From contig CAYMTY010000003.1 of NCBI GenBank assembly GCA_964393515.1, forward strand, positions 42,002 through 106,001: a stretch of DNA of 64,000 nucleotides, given 5' to 3'. Made by a program: the position numbers and the translations under genes. Below, in pieces: positions 38,122-48,128 of this stretch. Below the pieces are notes generated by a model. It worked only from the letters and a program-made list of their open reading frames with translations. It searched no databases and was not told where the DNA came from. The stretch is from an uncultured Verrucomicrobiota bacterium (GTDB lineage: Bacteria > Verrucomicrobiota > Kiritimatiellia > CAIQIC01 > Lenti-01). The first letter of the stretch is position 1. The number at the start of each line of letters is the position of its first letter.

Positions 38122-38397
38122 TTAAAATGGCGGGCGTTCGGCGTTCACAGTTTTTCCGAGAGTGCGGGCGAGGAAGGCGCGGGGCTGGTCGAGGCCGAGG
38201 GCCGCACAGGCGCGGGCGACGGGTGCGCTAGCGGCGACCCAGAAGGACCGCACGGGACCGTAGGGCAGGATTTCGTTGTTCCGGTGCAGGGACGCGGCGT
38301 TCAGCGCCAGCGCCAGCGTGTAAAAGACGAGCAGGCCCGTCCAGACCCGGCCCAGCGGAATTTCGGCGCGAGGCGGGGATTCCAGGATTGGTTTCAT
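38122..38397 (-). CDS. Small single-TM protein between the MBOAT and SGNH genes
   Basis: ORF track; hydrophobic segment GLLVFYTLALALNAA; position within the acyltransferase module. Confidence 0.35.
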   Translation of the reverse strand: MKPILESPPRAEIPLGRVWTGLLVFYTLALALNAASLHRNNEILPYGPVRSFWVAASAPVARACAALGLDQPRAFLARTLGKTVNAERPPF

Positions 38398-38407
38398 GCT
38401 GAGCTCC

Positions 38408-39898
38408 TCAAAACTGAAAATAGATGAACGGGGCCACGCCTTCCGGGCCCAGGGCCAGGATTACGGTGAGCGCAACGGCCGCGGCCGCGCCCAGGGCCCA
38501 CGCCGGCCAGGCGGACAGCCGCCGCCACACCCGCCACAGGCGGTCGCCGTCGAAAAACTGCGTCAGGAAGCCCGCCGCCACCATGGCCAGCGCCAGCCCG
38601 CTCCACAGGGTCGCGGCCGGCACGGCCGACCGCCATTGCACGAGGCCCCGCAGCAGGGCCGCCGCGGTTTCGAGATTGCCGCCGCGGAACAGGATCCAGG
38701 AGAAGCACACCACGTGGAAGATCCAGATCCGCCCAAGCCAGGCGACGGCGGGATGGGCCGGCGGCGCGTTCCGCCGGGAGAGGCCCAGCCACTCGCGCGC
38801 CTTGCGTTCGCCGGCCAGATAGACCCCGTGGAATGCGCCCCACAGCAGGAAGGTCCAGGCCGCGCCATGCCACAGCCCGCCCAGCAGGAAGGTCAGGAAC
38901 AGGTTGAGATAGGTGCGCCCCGCCCCCCGCCGCGAGCCGCCCAGGGGGATGTAGAGGTAGTCGCGCAGCCAGGAGGACAGCGAGATGTGCCAGCGCCGCC
39001 AGAAGTCCTGCAGGGTCGTCGCGAAATACGGCGCGTTGAAGTTGCCGGGAAAGCGGAAACCCAGCAGCAGGGCCGTGCCGATGGCGATGTCGGAATAGGC
39101 CGAGAAATCGCAGTAGATCTGGACCGCGTAGGCGTAGACCGCCAGCAGCAGGTCGGGGCCGGCGTAGCGTTCCGGCCAGGCGAACACGGGGTCCGCCAGC
39201 CGCGTGGCCAGCCAGTTGGCCACGACGATCTTCTTGAACAGGCCGCTCAGAATGAGGAACAGGGCCCGGCCGGCCTCGAGCGGCGCGGCGCGGCCCGGCA
39301 TGGCCTCCATCTGCGGCACGAGCGCGGCGGCGCGCACGATGGGCCCCGCTACGAGCTGCGGGAAAAAGGCCAGGTAGTTCGCGAAATCGAGCCACGAGCG
39401 CGCCGGGGCGGCCTGGCGGCGGTGGACATCGAGCACGTAGCTCAGCGCCTGGAAGGTGAAAAACGAAATGCCCACCGGCAGGACAATCTGCGACAGCCAG
39501 GGATAGACGGTCTCCTGCACTGCCACCAGCCCGCCCACCGCCGCCGGCCCCAGCGCCCGGCACAAGGGCCGCAGCAGCGGAAACAGCGTGTCGGCGACAA
39601 GGAAGCCGGTGTATTTGAAGAACGCCAGCAGCCCCAGGTTGAAGCCGACGGTCGCCGCCAGCAGGCCGCGGCGCGGCTGGCCGGCCACCGCCCGCCGGTC
39701 GAGTTCCCGGGCGGCGGCATGGTTTAGCAGGGCCGAGCCCAGCAGCAGCAGCGCGAACTTCCAGCTCCAGAAGCCATAGAAGAACAGGCTGGCGCTGAGG
39801 AGAAACGCCTTGCGCACCCGCGGCCGCCCCGCCAGCGCCCAGTGCACCTGGAACACCAGGAAGAAAAAGACGGCGAAGGCGGTGGTCGGAAAAAGCAT
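38408..39898 (-). CDS. Membrane-bound O-acyltransferase (MBOAT; AlgI/DltB/PatA-like)
   Basis: Multi-TM protein with the conserved MBOAT His region (...WRRWHISLSSWLRDYLYIPLGG...). Confidence 0.85.
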   Translation of the reverse strand: MLFPTTAFAVFFFLVFQVHWALAGRPRVRKAFLLSASLFFYGFWSWKFALLLLGSALLNHAAARELDRRAVAGQPRRGLLAATVGFNLGLLAFFKYTGFLVADTLFPLLRPLCRALGPAAVGGLVAVQETVYPWLSQIVLPVGISFFTFQALSYVLDVHRRQAAPARSWLDFANYLAFFPQLVAGPIVRAAALVPQMEAMPGRAAPLEAGRALFLILSGLFKKIVVANWLATRLADPVFAWPERYAGPDLLLAVYAYAVQIYCDFSAYSDIAIGTALLLGFRFPGNFNAPYFATTLQDFWRRWHISLSSWLRDYLYIPLGGSRRGAGRTYLNLFLTFLLGGLWHGAAWTFLLWGAFHGVYLAGERKAREWLGLSRRNAPPAHPAVAWLGRIWIFHVVCFSWILFRGGNLETAAALLRGLVQWRSAVPAATLWSGLALAMVAAGFLTQFFDGDRLWRVWRRLSAWPAWALGAAAAVALTVILALGPEGVAPFIYFQF

Positions 39899-39924
39899 GG
39901 CGGCTCCGGTTCCGGTTTCTCTCG

Positions 39925-42900
39925 TCAGGGCGGCGGCGGCAGCGCGAGCCGCCCGTCGGGGCCCAGCAGGTAGAGGCGGGGCGCAGTCCGGTCATGGTCC
40001 GCCGGCGCCGGCGGGGCGTCCGGAGCCTGCAGGGCCACCGCCCAGTCCGCCCGGCTTGGCGGAATCAGCACGCTGCCGAACGGGAGCTCGCGGAGCCGGA
40101 TTTTCTCGCCCGGCTTGGGCAGCAGGCCGTCGTTGGCCTCCGGCCGGGCCACCTGTTCGCCGCGGGATTCCTCGCCCGCGCGCGGCGTGTTCCACAGCGC
40201 GGCCTCGGTCTGCAGCACGAGGACGTTGGCCGGGTGCTCCTCGAGGGCGGCCGCCAGGGCAGCGAGCCACGGGGCGGGCGCGGGCGAGCGCCGCTTGAGC
40301 ACGGCGCCGGCCAGGCGGTTCGTCCGGATGAACTCCACCACCCGGGCCGGATCGATGTCGCCGTCGTAGGACAGATCAATGGCCGGCAGCAGGCGGATCT
40401 GGTGGAAGGCCGAGAACATCCGCAGCACTTCCGTCCCGGCCGGCAGGCCGGCCGGCAGGCTGCCGTCGGGATTCTGGAATACCCAGGCCGGCACGAGGGC
40501 GGAGAAGCCGCCCACGAACGGCCGCAGGCTGGCGACCTGCGCATTCGGATCGCCGGGCGGGACCAGCACCAGCGCCGGCGGCTGCGGTTCGCAGTCCATG
40601 CGCAGGATGCGCGCGCGCGCCACGCCCAGGTCGAACGCGAACGGCGCGATGCCCCACCAGCCGTAGGCGACCTCCGGGGGAATCCCCAGCGGGGCGTCGA
40701 ATATTTCGCTGCCGTTGACGAACCCGCGGACGCCGTCGCCGCGCACCTCGAGCCGCATCTTCAGGCCGCCGGGCGGGCGCACCCACGGGCGCACCTGGTG
40801 GGCCAGCATTTCGCCCGCGGCCCAGGCCTGCAGGTGGATGAACCCGTCCTCGTCGAAACCGAAGCGGATCATCGCGCGCGAACTGCGCCGGGCGTAGAGC
40901 CAGAAGAAGCCCTGCGATTCGTCCACCAGCACTTCCAGAAAGCCGTCGCGCAGGAGTTCCGAGCGCCGCAGGCGCAGGTAGGTCTCGGCCTGGTTGACGG
41001 CGGCGCGCAGCTCGTAGCGGCCGCGGTCCACCAGGCGGATCCCGGAAGAGGCGATCCAGCCGTCGGAGAGCTGGCCGGACTGGAAATCGTCGGACACGGG
41101 CTGCTCCAGCGGCAGGAAGTTCCCGTAGATTTCCCGCTGGCGGTCGTTGCGGCCGCGGGCCTGCGTGCGGATGAAATCGAAGAAGACGCCGGATTCGGGG
41201 TAGGTCAGCAGCTCCATTTCCAGCAGGGCGTGTCCGAACGGGATCCGGGCGTCGGGGGCGCGGGCCAGTTCCAGCAGGCCGTGCAGGGTCTGGTAGCGTT
41301 CCGCGGGGGTGTCCTGCAGGTTGAGGAGAGCGACCCGGGCCGGCAGATTCTGCGGCGCCTCGCGCACGAGGGTGGCGACCATGTCGCGAGCTTCGGTGCG
41401 GCGGCGGTGGCGGTCGAGCCACTGGGCCTGGGCGATCAGGATGTCGGGGTTTTCGGGAAAGATCCGGGCATAGAGGTTGAGTTGCTCGCGCGCCTCGTCG
41501 TCGCGGGCCATTTTCTCGAGGAGTTCCGCGCGGCGGACCACGAGCTGGATCTGGCCGGGGCTGGCTTCCAGGCTGCGGGTGAAGAATTCGAGGGCCCGCG
41601 GCAGGTCTCCCCGCTGAGAATGGGCCTTGCCGATCAGCGACAGCGCCTCCGCGCTCTGCGGATCCTCCTGCAGCCAGCGCTCCCAGCTGGCGATGGCCCG
41701 GCCGTAGTCGCCGTCCTGGTAGGCCAGGTAGCCTTCGCGGCGGAGGGCGTCCTGGCGGGCCTTGGGCGAGAGCTCCGCCAGCGGCAGCTGGCGCGTCGCC
41801 AGCTGGTAGTAGAGGTTCAGGTGCATGTCGGCCGCCGGCGGGGCCGGCACTTCCTCGGTCACCAGCACTTCCAGCCCGGCGTTTTCCAGCGCCGGGGCCA
41901 GCGCGGGGGTGTCGACGGCGATCACCGCGCCGGGGAACAGGGCGGCGATGGACGCGAACGAGGCCAGCCGCGCCACCGCGGCCGGGAATTGAATGGCCAG
42001 TTTCATGTTCCGTTCCTTTGTCTGTTGATGAACGCCTTGCAGCCAGGGGACGAGGGTGGCGATGTCCGCCGCAGCCACTTCCCGGCAGTCCAGATGGATG
42101 CCGTCCACGGCCATTGCGGCGGCCTCCTGGACCGGCAGTTCCGGCGGGATCTGTACGGCCAGGGCCGCGGACCGCAGGATGATGCGCGGCAGGATCCGGA
42201 TGCTGTGGATCCGGGCGTAGGTCCGGAGCGTGGGCTCGTCCCATTTCGGCAGCACCAGCGGGATGGCCTTGACCACGTCCATCCAGGGCGGGCTCACCGC
42301 CCCCAGCCGGTGGGCCTGCCGGCCGAGTTCCCCCATCAGGTAGAGCGGCGCGAAGGCCGGATCGGCTGGCCACTGCTTGAGCACGTGGTGCGGCCGGGGA
42401 AACTCCAGCGAGAGCACCTGCGCCGCGGCGGCGCCCGGTGCAGGGTCCCACACCTCCAGGCCGAACAGGCCGGGCTGGACGTCGCCCAGCAGGTCCAGCG
42501 GCTCCTTCAGCAGCATTTCGCCGTCGAGCAGCGCGAACAGGTTGCGGCCATGAATCGAGAGCTCGAGTTCGCGGATCTTGCCCGGCGCCGCGCCGGCGTC
42601 GCGAACGACCGCCTGCGTGAACTCCGCGGCGCCATACACCTTCTGGTTGACCCAGCAGTGGCCTTCCGTATCGAAAATGATGCGGACTCCGGCCTCGCCG
42701 CCGGGCAGCGCGTGCAGCCGGAGGCCGAACTGGCCGGCGACCACGCGGAATTTCATGCGCAGGGTGAAATCGTCGAACAGGTCGCTGGCGATCATCCAGG
42801 CCAGGGCCCCCGTGGTGGGCGGGAACGGGGTGTCCCGGGCCGCTTCGGGACTGACGGCTTTCAGCCACAGGGTCCCGTCGGGATATTCGGTCAGGCCCCA

Positions 42901-44055
42901 GTCCGTCAGCCAGCGGGCCGGGGCCAGCGGCTGCGTCAGGTTCCAGGGCAGGACAGCCCAGCCGGATTCCACGGTGTCCAAAAACTGCTCGAGGGACCAG
43001 TCCGGCCGCACCCGCAGGCGGTTGAGTATCCGCGGGTCGGTGTGGCGCGTGTTCAGCAGGAAGGGGCCCTGGGTAAAGCCCAGGCCGTAGAACCGGCCCA
43101 CTTCGCCCAGGTTCAGCACCCGCGTCGGCACGCCGCGGGGGTCGTACTGTCCGTAGTCGCCGTAGGGGAACGCAAAGGCCAGCGGCGACTGGTCCATGCC
43201 GGTCTTGAATTCGGCGGTCATTTGTTCGTGGTCGGCGCGGATCCGGGCGAGGAACTCCTCCGGCCGCTCCAGGCGCTTCTCGGCGGGGAACCACCGGGGC
43301 GTGGAGAAGAAGTTGCCGGTTTCGCCGGCGGGGCCGGCCGGGATGCGCTGGAAGCCCGCAAAGGATTCCGCGCCGATGTCCCAGGTTTCGGACCGCGCCA
43401 TGTCGCGCAGGATGGGCCACCGCAGCGCGCCCGGCTCCCGGTTGCGGATCGCGTCGGCGCGCACGAACATGACGGCCTTCCAGCGGTGGGCCCGGAGGAT
43501 GTCGCGGGTCTCCAGGTAGGAGCTGCGCTTGGCCTGGCCCAGGGTGACGAGGACGGCCTTGCGCGGCAGACGCCGGCCCGTCTCGTAGAACGCCTTCACG
43601 TCCGCCAGGCCGATGGGATTGTAGCCCCGCTCGCGCAGGGCCTGGATGTGCTGGCGGAACTGTTCGCGGCTGACCTCCTCGGGACCCTGCACCTTGCCGG
43701 CGCTGACGCCGCCGTAGGCCAGCGCGAGAAAGCTGTCCGCATCGCGCGGGCCGGTGGTTGCGGGCTTGAAGCGCAGCCGCTGGTAGATCGTCCGCGCCGG
43801 CACCCACAGCGCCACCAGCACGCAGATGCCCGCCAGCAGGTAGAGCCAGGCGCGCAGGTTGCGGTCGGCCCGCACCGGCTGCGGCCGCGCCCAGCCCGGC
43901 GGCGGGGCCGGCGGCGGCGCGGGGGGCGGCAGCGGATCCGGACCGGCCGCGGGGCTGGCCGGGACGACGGGCGGCGGCGGCGCGGGAGCGGCGGCCGGGG
44001 CGGAAAAATCTTCCGGGGCGCCGGCGGGGGGGATTGGGCGGAGCGGCCGGTTCAT
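39925..44055 (-). CDS. Large membrane-anchored multidomain protein: Pro-rich N-terminus + TM + polysaccharide deacetylase (CE4) + TIM-barrel glycoside-hydrolase-like region + TPR repeats (PgaB/PelA-like)
   Basis: TM LRAWLYLLAGICVLVALWVP; NodB-like region (VLVTLGQAKRSS...AVMFVRAD...); TPRs (YLAYQDGDYGRAIASWERWLQEDPQSAEAL...). ATGA overlap with the GT2 gene. Confidence 0.65.
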   Translation of the reverse strand: MNRPLRPIPPAGAPEDFSAPAAAPAPPPPVVPASPAAGPDPLPPPAPPPAPPPGWARPQPVRADRNLRAWLYLLAGICVLVALWVPARTIYQRLRFKPATTGPRDADSFLALAYGGVSAGKVQGPEEVSREQFRQHIQALRERGYNPIGLADVKAFYETGRRLPRKAVLVTLGQAKRSSYLETRDILRAHRWKAVMFVRADAIRNREPGALRWPILRDMARSETWDIGAESFAGFQRIPAGPAGETGNFFSTPRWFPAEKRLERPEEFLARIRADHEQMTAEFKTGMDQSPLAFAFPYGDYGQYDPRGVPTRVLNLGEVGRFYGLGFTQGPFLLNTRHTDPRILNRLRVRPDWSLEQFLDTVESGWAVLPWNLTQPLAPARWLTDWGLTEYPDGTLWLKAVSPEAARDTPFPPTTGALAWMIASDLFDDFTLRMKFRVVAGQFGLRLHALPGGEAGVRIIFDTEGHCWVNQKVYGAAEFTQAVVRDAGAAPGKIRELELSIHGRNLFALLDGEMLLKEPLDLLGDVQPGLFGLEVWDPAPGAAAAQVLSLEFPRPHHVLKQWPADPAFAPLYLMGELGRQAHRLGAVSPPWMDVVKAIPLVLPKWDEPTLRTYARIHSIRILPRIILRSAALAVQIPPELPVQEAAAMAVDGIHLDCREVAAADIATLVPWLQGVHQQTKERNMKLAIQFPAAVARLASFASIAALFPGAVIAVDTPALAPALENAGLEVLVTEEVPAPPAADMHLNLYYQLATRQLPLAELSPKARQDALRREGYLAYQDGDYGRAIASWERWLQEDPQSAEALSLIGKAHSQRGDLPRALEFFTRSLEASPGQIQLVVRRAELLEKMARDDEAREQLNLYARIFPENPDILIAQAQWLDRHRRRTEARDMVATLVREAPQNLPARVALLNLQDTPAERYQTLHGLLELARAPDARIPFGHALLEMELLTYPESGVFFDFIRTQARGRNDRQREIYGNFLPLEQPVSDDFQSGQLSDGWIASSGIRLVDRGRYELRAAVNQAETYLRLRRSELLRDGFLEVLVDESQGFFWLYARRSSRAMIRFGFDEDGFIHLQAWAAGEMLAHQVRPWVRPPGGLKMRLEVRGDGVRGFVNGSEIFDAPLGIPPEVAYGWWGIAPFAFDLGVARARILRMDCEPQPPALVLVPPGDPNAQVASLRPFVGGFSALVPAWVFQNPDGSLPAGLPAGTEVLRMFSAFHQIRLLPAIDLSYDGDIDPARVVEFIRTNRLAGAVLKRRSPAPAPWLAALAAALEEHPANVLVLQTEAALWNTPRAGEESRGEQVARPEANDGLLPKPGEKIRLRELPFGSVLIPPSRADWAVALQAPDAPPAPADHDRTAPRLYLLGPDGRLALPPPP

Positions 44056-45575
44056 CCGCGGGTCCCCCAGTGCTTACCGCGCACGGTGGCCATGGCCCAG
44101 TAGATCTGCCAGCTGAAGAACGCCATGTAGCTGAGCGTGTAGAGGAAGCCCGCCCACCAGTGGCGGCGGCCGGTCCGCTCCCAGTAGTGGAGCGTCCACA
44201 CCGCGGTGATGGCGCCGACCCCCAGCAGGTAGGACCAGGCCAGGTTGGCCCCGCCCGCCAGATAGGCCATCACCGGCGCCACCACGAGTGCGGAGATCAT
44301 GACCACGGGCTCGATGATCGGCATCCACATCATCGCGTACCAGGACAGGGCCGGCACCGGATGCTTGCGCCACATCCAGCGGCCCACCTTCACGATCTCG
44401 CGCAGGTAGGAGCGCGCCCAGCGCGCCTGCTGCCGCGTGTACTGCTGCCAGCCGTCCGGCGCGATCGTCGTCGCCAGCGCCTGGTCGTGGTAGACGACCT
44501 TGTAGTCGCGCAGGATCAGGTTCGTCAGGCTCCGGTCGTCGCCGAAATTGCCGTATTCACCCATCACCTTCGCATTCAGCCACTCGTCCAACACGTGCAG
44601 CACGCACACCCGCCGGTAGGCCGAGAAGCAGCCCGGCAGGCAGCTGACGCAGCCGCTCACGCTCTCCGCTGCCTTCATCACCTTGTAGGAAAAGAAGTAC
44701 CGGACGTCCTGCATGCGGGTCAGGAGGTTGGCCTGCGCGTTTTCCACGTCGCAATGCCCGCTGACGCCGCCGACGGCCGGATCGGTGAAGCCCTGCATCA
44801 GCTTCTGGATCGAGCCCGGGAAGATGAAGGTGTCCGAATCCACGCACACCATGTATTCGCCGCGCCCCAGCAGCACGCCCACCGCCCAGGCGTGGCTGAG
44901 CCCGCGGTTGGCGGCGAAATCCACCACCACCAGCTGCGGATGCCGCGTCTGCGCCGCCAGCATTTCCGCCAGCGTGCGGTCCGTCGAACCGTCGTTGACG
45001 ACCACGGCCTCGAGCTTGTCTGCCGGATAGCGGGCCGCGAAGATGCGTTCGATCGTCTGCCGGATCACCCGCTCCTCGTTCATGCAGGGCACCAGCACCG
45101 TCACGGTCGGTTCGTATTTCTGGTCCGGCGGCGGCACGTACATCGCGGCGATCAGGAAGCGCGACACGACGAACAGGCCCGCCACCAGCGAGTAGATGCT
45201 CACCAGCGGCTGGTAGAAGTAGTTCCCCGCGCTGCGCAGCTGCATGAACACCGCCGTCGCCAGCATCAGGATCGCCACCAGCAGGATCAGGGCCGCCAGC
45301 CACTTCGGCGGCCGGCGATACAGCTTCGCCATCCGGGCCCGCGCCACTTCCAGCGAGGGATAAGCGGCCGGCGGCGCCAGCGGCACCTCCGCCACGCTGC
45401 GCGCCAACGGCTTCCGGCAGTAGGGGCAGGTCACCGGCGCCGGCGTGCCATGCACATGCACCGTCACGCCGCAGGCAACGCACTGGCAACGCGTGATCCG
45501 CGCCGTCTGGACCTCTGGTCCGCCCTGTTCTGGCTTGTGCTCTGCTTCCATCGCGTTTATGAAATGATTGAACAT
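44052..45575 (-). CDS. Processive family-2 glycosyltransferase (PgaC/IcaA/NodC-like polysaccharide synthase) with N-terminal zinc-ribbon
   Basis: D, DxD (VDSD), and Q(QA)RW (QQARWARS) motifs; multiple TM helices; CxxC...CxxC N-terminus. Confidence 0.85.
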   Translation of the reverse strand: MFNHFINAMEAEHKPEQGGPEVQTARITRCQCVACGVTVHVHGTPAPVTCPYCRKPLARSVAEVPLAPPAAYPSLEVARARMAKLYRRPPKWLAALILLVAILMLATAVFMQLRSAGNYFYQPLVSIYSLVAGLFVVSRFLIAAMYVPPPDQKYEPTVTVLVPCMNEERVIRQTIERIFAARYPADKLEAVVVNDGSTDRTLAEMLAAQTRHPQLVVVDFAANRGLSHAWAVGVLLGRGEYMVCVDSDTFIFPGSIQKLMQGFTDPAVGGVSGHCDVENAQANLLTRMQDVRYFFSYKVMKAAESVSGCVSCLPGCFSAYRRVCVLHVLDEWLNAKVMGEYGNFGDDRSLTNLILRDYKVVYHDQALATTIAPDGWQQYTRQQARWARSYLREIVKVGRWMWRKHPVPALSWYAMMWMPIIEPVVMISALVVAPVMAYLAGGANLAWSYLLGVGAITAVWTLHYWERTGRRHWWAGFLYTLSYMAFFSWQIYWAMATVRGKHWGTRG

Positions 45576-45772
45576 TATACATTATCTTGGTCTGCTAAAG
45601 TAGAAAATAATAGGAAATTAGTAGAGTAAATCAAAAATCGGCTTTACCCCCTTTCTGGATTCAGGTTGCGTCCGCGGTTCGGCCGGTGGAAACCCGGCGG
45701 GCTCCCCGGGGCTCCGTTGACAGAGCCGGTCTGTGCGGATAAGCTGGGGTACTTCGAACGGAGGAAACAAAC

Positions 45773-46153
45773 ATGGCGAACATTCTGATCATTGACGACG
45801 ACAAGGCAGTCCGGGATTACCTCGCCACGCTGGTTTCCCGCTTGAACCATCAGGCTTTCCTCGCGGCCACTTGCGCCGAAGGCCTCGCCCAGATGGCCGA
45901 TCCGGCCATCGAAATCATCATCGCCGACATCTACCTGCCGGACACCCCGCCGCTCGATGAATGGATCGACCAGCTGAAGGCCCAGGCCGCCGGCCGCCCA
46001 CTCATCCTGATCACCGGTGAACCTTCGGAGGCGCTCAACGCCAAAGCCCAGAGCGGCGAAATCATGGCCTTTCTCACCAAGCCCTTCGAACTGGCCTTCA
46101 TCAAGGGCCTGCTGGCCCAGGCCCTGAAAATCCTGGCCCACCGGGAGAAGTAG
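45773..46153 (+). CDS. Stand-alone CheY-like response-regulator receiver domain
   Basis: DD pair (IIDDDK), phospho-acceptor D (IIIADIYLPD), T/S and K (TKPF) all present. Confidence 0.8.
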   Translation: MANILIIDDDKAVRDYLATLVSRLNHQAFLAATCAEGLAQMADPAIEIIIADIYLPDTPPLDEWIDQLKAQAAGRPLILITGEPSEALNAKAQSGEIMAFLTKPFELAFIKGLLAQALKILAHREK

Positions 46154-46167
46154 CGCGGGAACGGCCC

Positions 46168-46911
46168 ATGATCGACAAGACCCGACTCGGCATCCCCTTC
46201 CTGGACGACCACTTCGGGGGCATCTACCGCAAACGTCCCGCCTTGTGCGTCGGACGCCTGGGCAGCGGCAAGACCATCGCCGCGCTCCATGCTCTGCTGC
46301 AGAGCGTGCAAGAGGGCGAACGGGGCCTGATGCTCTCCGCCTGGCGGGCCCAGGACCTTGTCAGCGTCGCCGCCAATCTGGGCCTGCCCCTGGCCGCGGC
46401 CGTCGCCCAGGGCCGCGTCATCCTGCTCGAATACACCAACATCATGCCCTCCCCGGAGTTCGAGCAGAACCTCACCCTGCCGCCGGGCAGCTTCATGGAG
46501 TTCCAGAACATCATTGAAGCCAACGGCATCAGCCGCGTGGTCATCGATACCATCCTGCCGTGGGTCGCCATCCCGCAGGAGGACAAGCTCGCCCAGCATG
46601 TCTATTCCTTCGTCCACGCCATGGAGCGGATGGGCGTCACCAGCGTGTTCACCCTGCCCCGGCCCGCCTCGGCCCTGGCCTTCACCCTCCGAAACCTGGT
46701 CGAAGACCTCGTGCCCGTCGCCGTCACCCTGGATGTGGACGCCGGCGGCCGCCATACCCTTCTGGTGAACAAGTTCCTCGGCAGCGAAACCCTGCCTCCG
46801 CCCGTTTCCTTCTCCATCGTCCACGGCATGGGCATCGTTCCGGCCGCCGAACAGCCGCCCACCCCCGCCCCGCGCGCGCCGATCCGGTTCGCCGCCGCCT
46901 TCCCCCCCTGA
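46168..46911 (+). CDS. KaiC/RecA-superfamily single-domain ATPase
   Basis: GIPFLDDHFGGI... followed by Walker A GRLGSGKT and Walker B VVIDTI; KaiC-like layout. Confidence 0.6.
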   Translation: MIDKTRLGIPFLDDHFGGIYRKRPALCVGRLGSGKTIAALHALLQSVQEGERGLMLSAWRAQDLVSVAANLGLPLAAAVAQGRVILLEYTNIMPSPEFEQNLTLPPGSFMEFQNIIEANGISRVVIDTILPWVAIPQEDKLAQHVYSFVHAMERMGVTSVFTLPRPASALAFTLRNLVEDLVPVAVTLDVDAGGRHTLLVNKFLGSETLPPPVSFSIVHGMGIVPAAEQPPTPAPRAPIRFAAAFPP

Positions 46912-46937
46912 CGTGCGAGGATCGCGACAAGGACGCC

Positions 46938-47801
46938 ATGTACGCCGACTATTGGAATCTGAAGGGCAATCCGTTCCTCAATGTCATCGATCCGCGCTTC
47001 TGGTTTTCCAGCGAGCCGCACGAGGAAGCCATCGCCCGCTTCTGCTTCCTGGCCGAAAACGGCCGGCTGGCCGGCGTACTGACCGGCCCCTACGGCGTCG
47101 GCAAATCCGCCGTCCTCAAAACCGTCGCCGCCCGCCTCGAAGCCGGCCGCCGGCCGGTCCTCCGCCTGGATGCCATTCCCGGCGGCCAACTGCCCATGGC
47201 CCGCCAGATCCTCGCCAGCCTGCGGCTGGATTGCGCCGCCACGAACCTGCCGGAAGCCCTGATGAGCTTCTGGCAGGCCACCCAATACCGCGCCGACAGC
47301 CTGGTCCGCACCGTGCTGTGCTTGGACGAAGCCCACCAGCTCGCCGCCGACAACGGCCTCGCCCTCGTCCACTTCCTGACCAACCTCCGCCTCGTCAACC
47401 GCAAGACCCAGGTCGAGGAGCCGTTCTTCACCATCCTGCTCGCCGGGGCGCCCGAGCTCCTGCCCGCCTTGCAAACCCTGCCCTCCCTCCGGGAACGCAT
47501 CCAGATCGTCTACGAGCTGCCGCCGCTCACCGCCCCCCTCACTTCCGCCTACATCCAACACCATATGCGTGCCGTCGGCGGCGATATCTGGAGCTTCGCC
47601 GAAGACGCACTCGCCGCCATCTTCCGCCTTTCCGGAGGCCTGCCCCGGCGCATCAACCTCTTGTGCGACACCGCCCTCCTGCTGGGCTTCGCCGCCAAAG
47701 CCCCCCAAGTCACGCCAGCCATTGTGGCCCAGGCCGCCGCCGATGTCGGCCTCACCTCCCTCCCGCCCCCCGAACCCGTCCAACCCCGGAGCTGCCCATG
47801 A
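46938..47801 (+). CDS. ExeA/GspA/MshM-like AAA ATPase (PEP-CTERM-locus secretion ATPase type)
   Basis: N-terminal MYADYWNLKGNPF (ExeA-like FGL..PF motif); Walker A GPYGVGKS; Walker B LCLDEAHQL. Confidence 0.7.
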   Translation: MYADYWNLKGNPFLNVIDPRFWFSSEPHEEAIARFCFLAENGRLAGVLTGPYGVGKSAVLKTVAARLEAGRRPVLRLDAIPGGQLPMARQILASLRLDCAATNLPEALMSFWQATQYRADSLVRTVLCLDEAHQLAADNGLALVHFLTNLRLVNRKTQVEEPFFTILLAGAPELLPALQTLPSLRERIQIVYELPPLTAPLTSAYIQHHMRAVGGDIWSFAEDALAAIFRLSGGLPRRINLLCDTALLLGFAAKAPQVTPAIVAQAAADVGLTSLPPPEPVQPRSCP

Positions 47802-48121
47802 CGGAATGGAGCGAACTGTTTCTCAATCCCGTGACGGTCATTGCCATCCTGCTGGCGCTTTTCTTCGTAGCCATGACCTACTTCCGCCATCTCGGCGTGA
47901 AACACGCCCGCCAGGAACAGAACCGCGGCGGACACAAGCCCTACCAGGTCACGAATCCCTATGCCCCGCCGGCGCCTGTTTCCGCCGCCCCGCTCGACGC
48001 TCCCGCCGCCCCGCAACGGCTGGATCAAGCCCCGCCCCGAAAGGTGTTCCGCCAGATCGGCCGGGATCCGGCCGTCACCGGCGCCCGGGCAGGCGACTCC
48101 TCGGGCTACGTTTGGGAGTAG
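47798..48121 (+). CDS. Small single-TM proline-rich protein (ATGA-coupled to the ExeA-like gene)
   Basis: ORF track frame; TM VTVIAILLALFFVAMTYF. Confidence 0.4.
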   Translation: MTEWSELFLNPVTVIAILLALFFVAMTYFRHLGVKHARQEQNRGGHKPYQVTNPYAPPAPVSAAPLDAPAAPQRLDQAPPRKVFRQIGRDPAVTGARAGDSSGYVWE

Positions 48122-48128
48122 GCCCGCC

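Noticed and set aside
33367-44103. Two >1,300-aa plus-strand ORFs (33367-37470, 39994-44103) antisense to the EPS export/deacetylase genes
   Set aside because: No domains; mirror images of strongly supported minus-strand genes; GC artifact.
45655-45670. Sigma-54 promoter-like CTGGATTCAGGTTGCG upstream of the receiver gene
   Set aside because: GG and GC elements are spaced one nucleotide too close (N4 instead of N5) and the -24 box is TGGAT not TGGCA; no rpoN context in the window.
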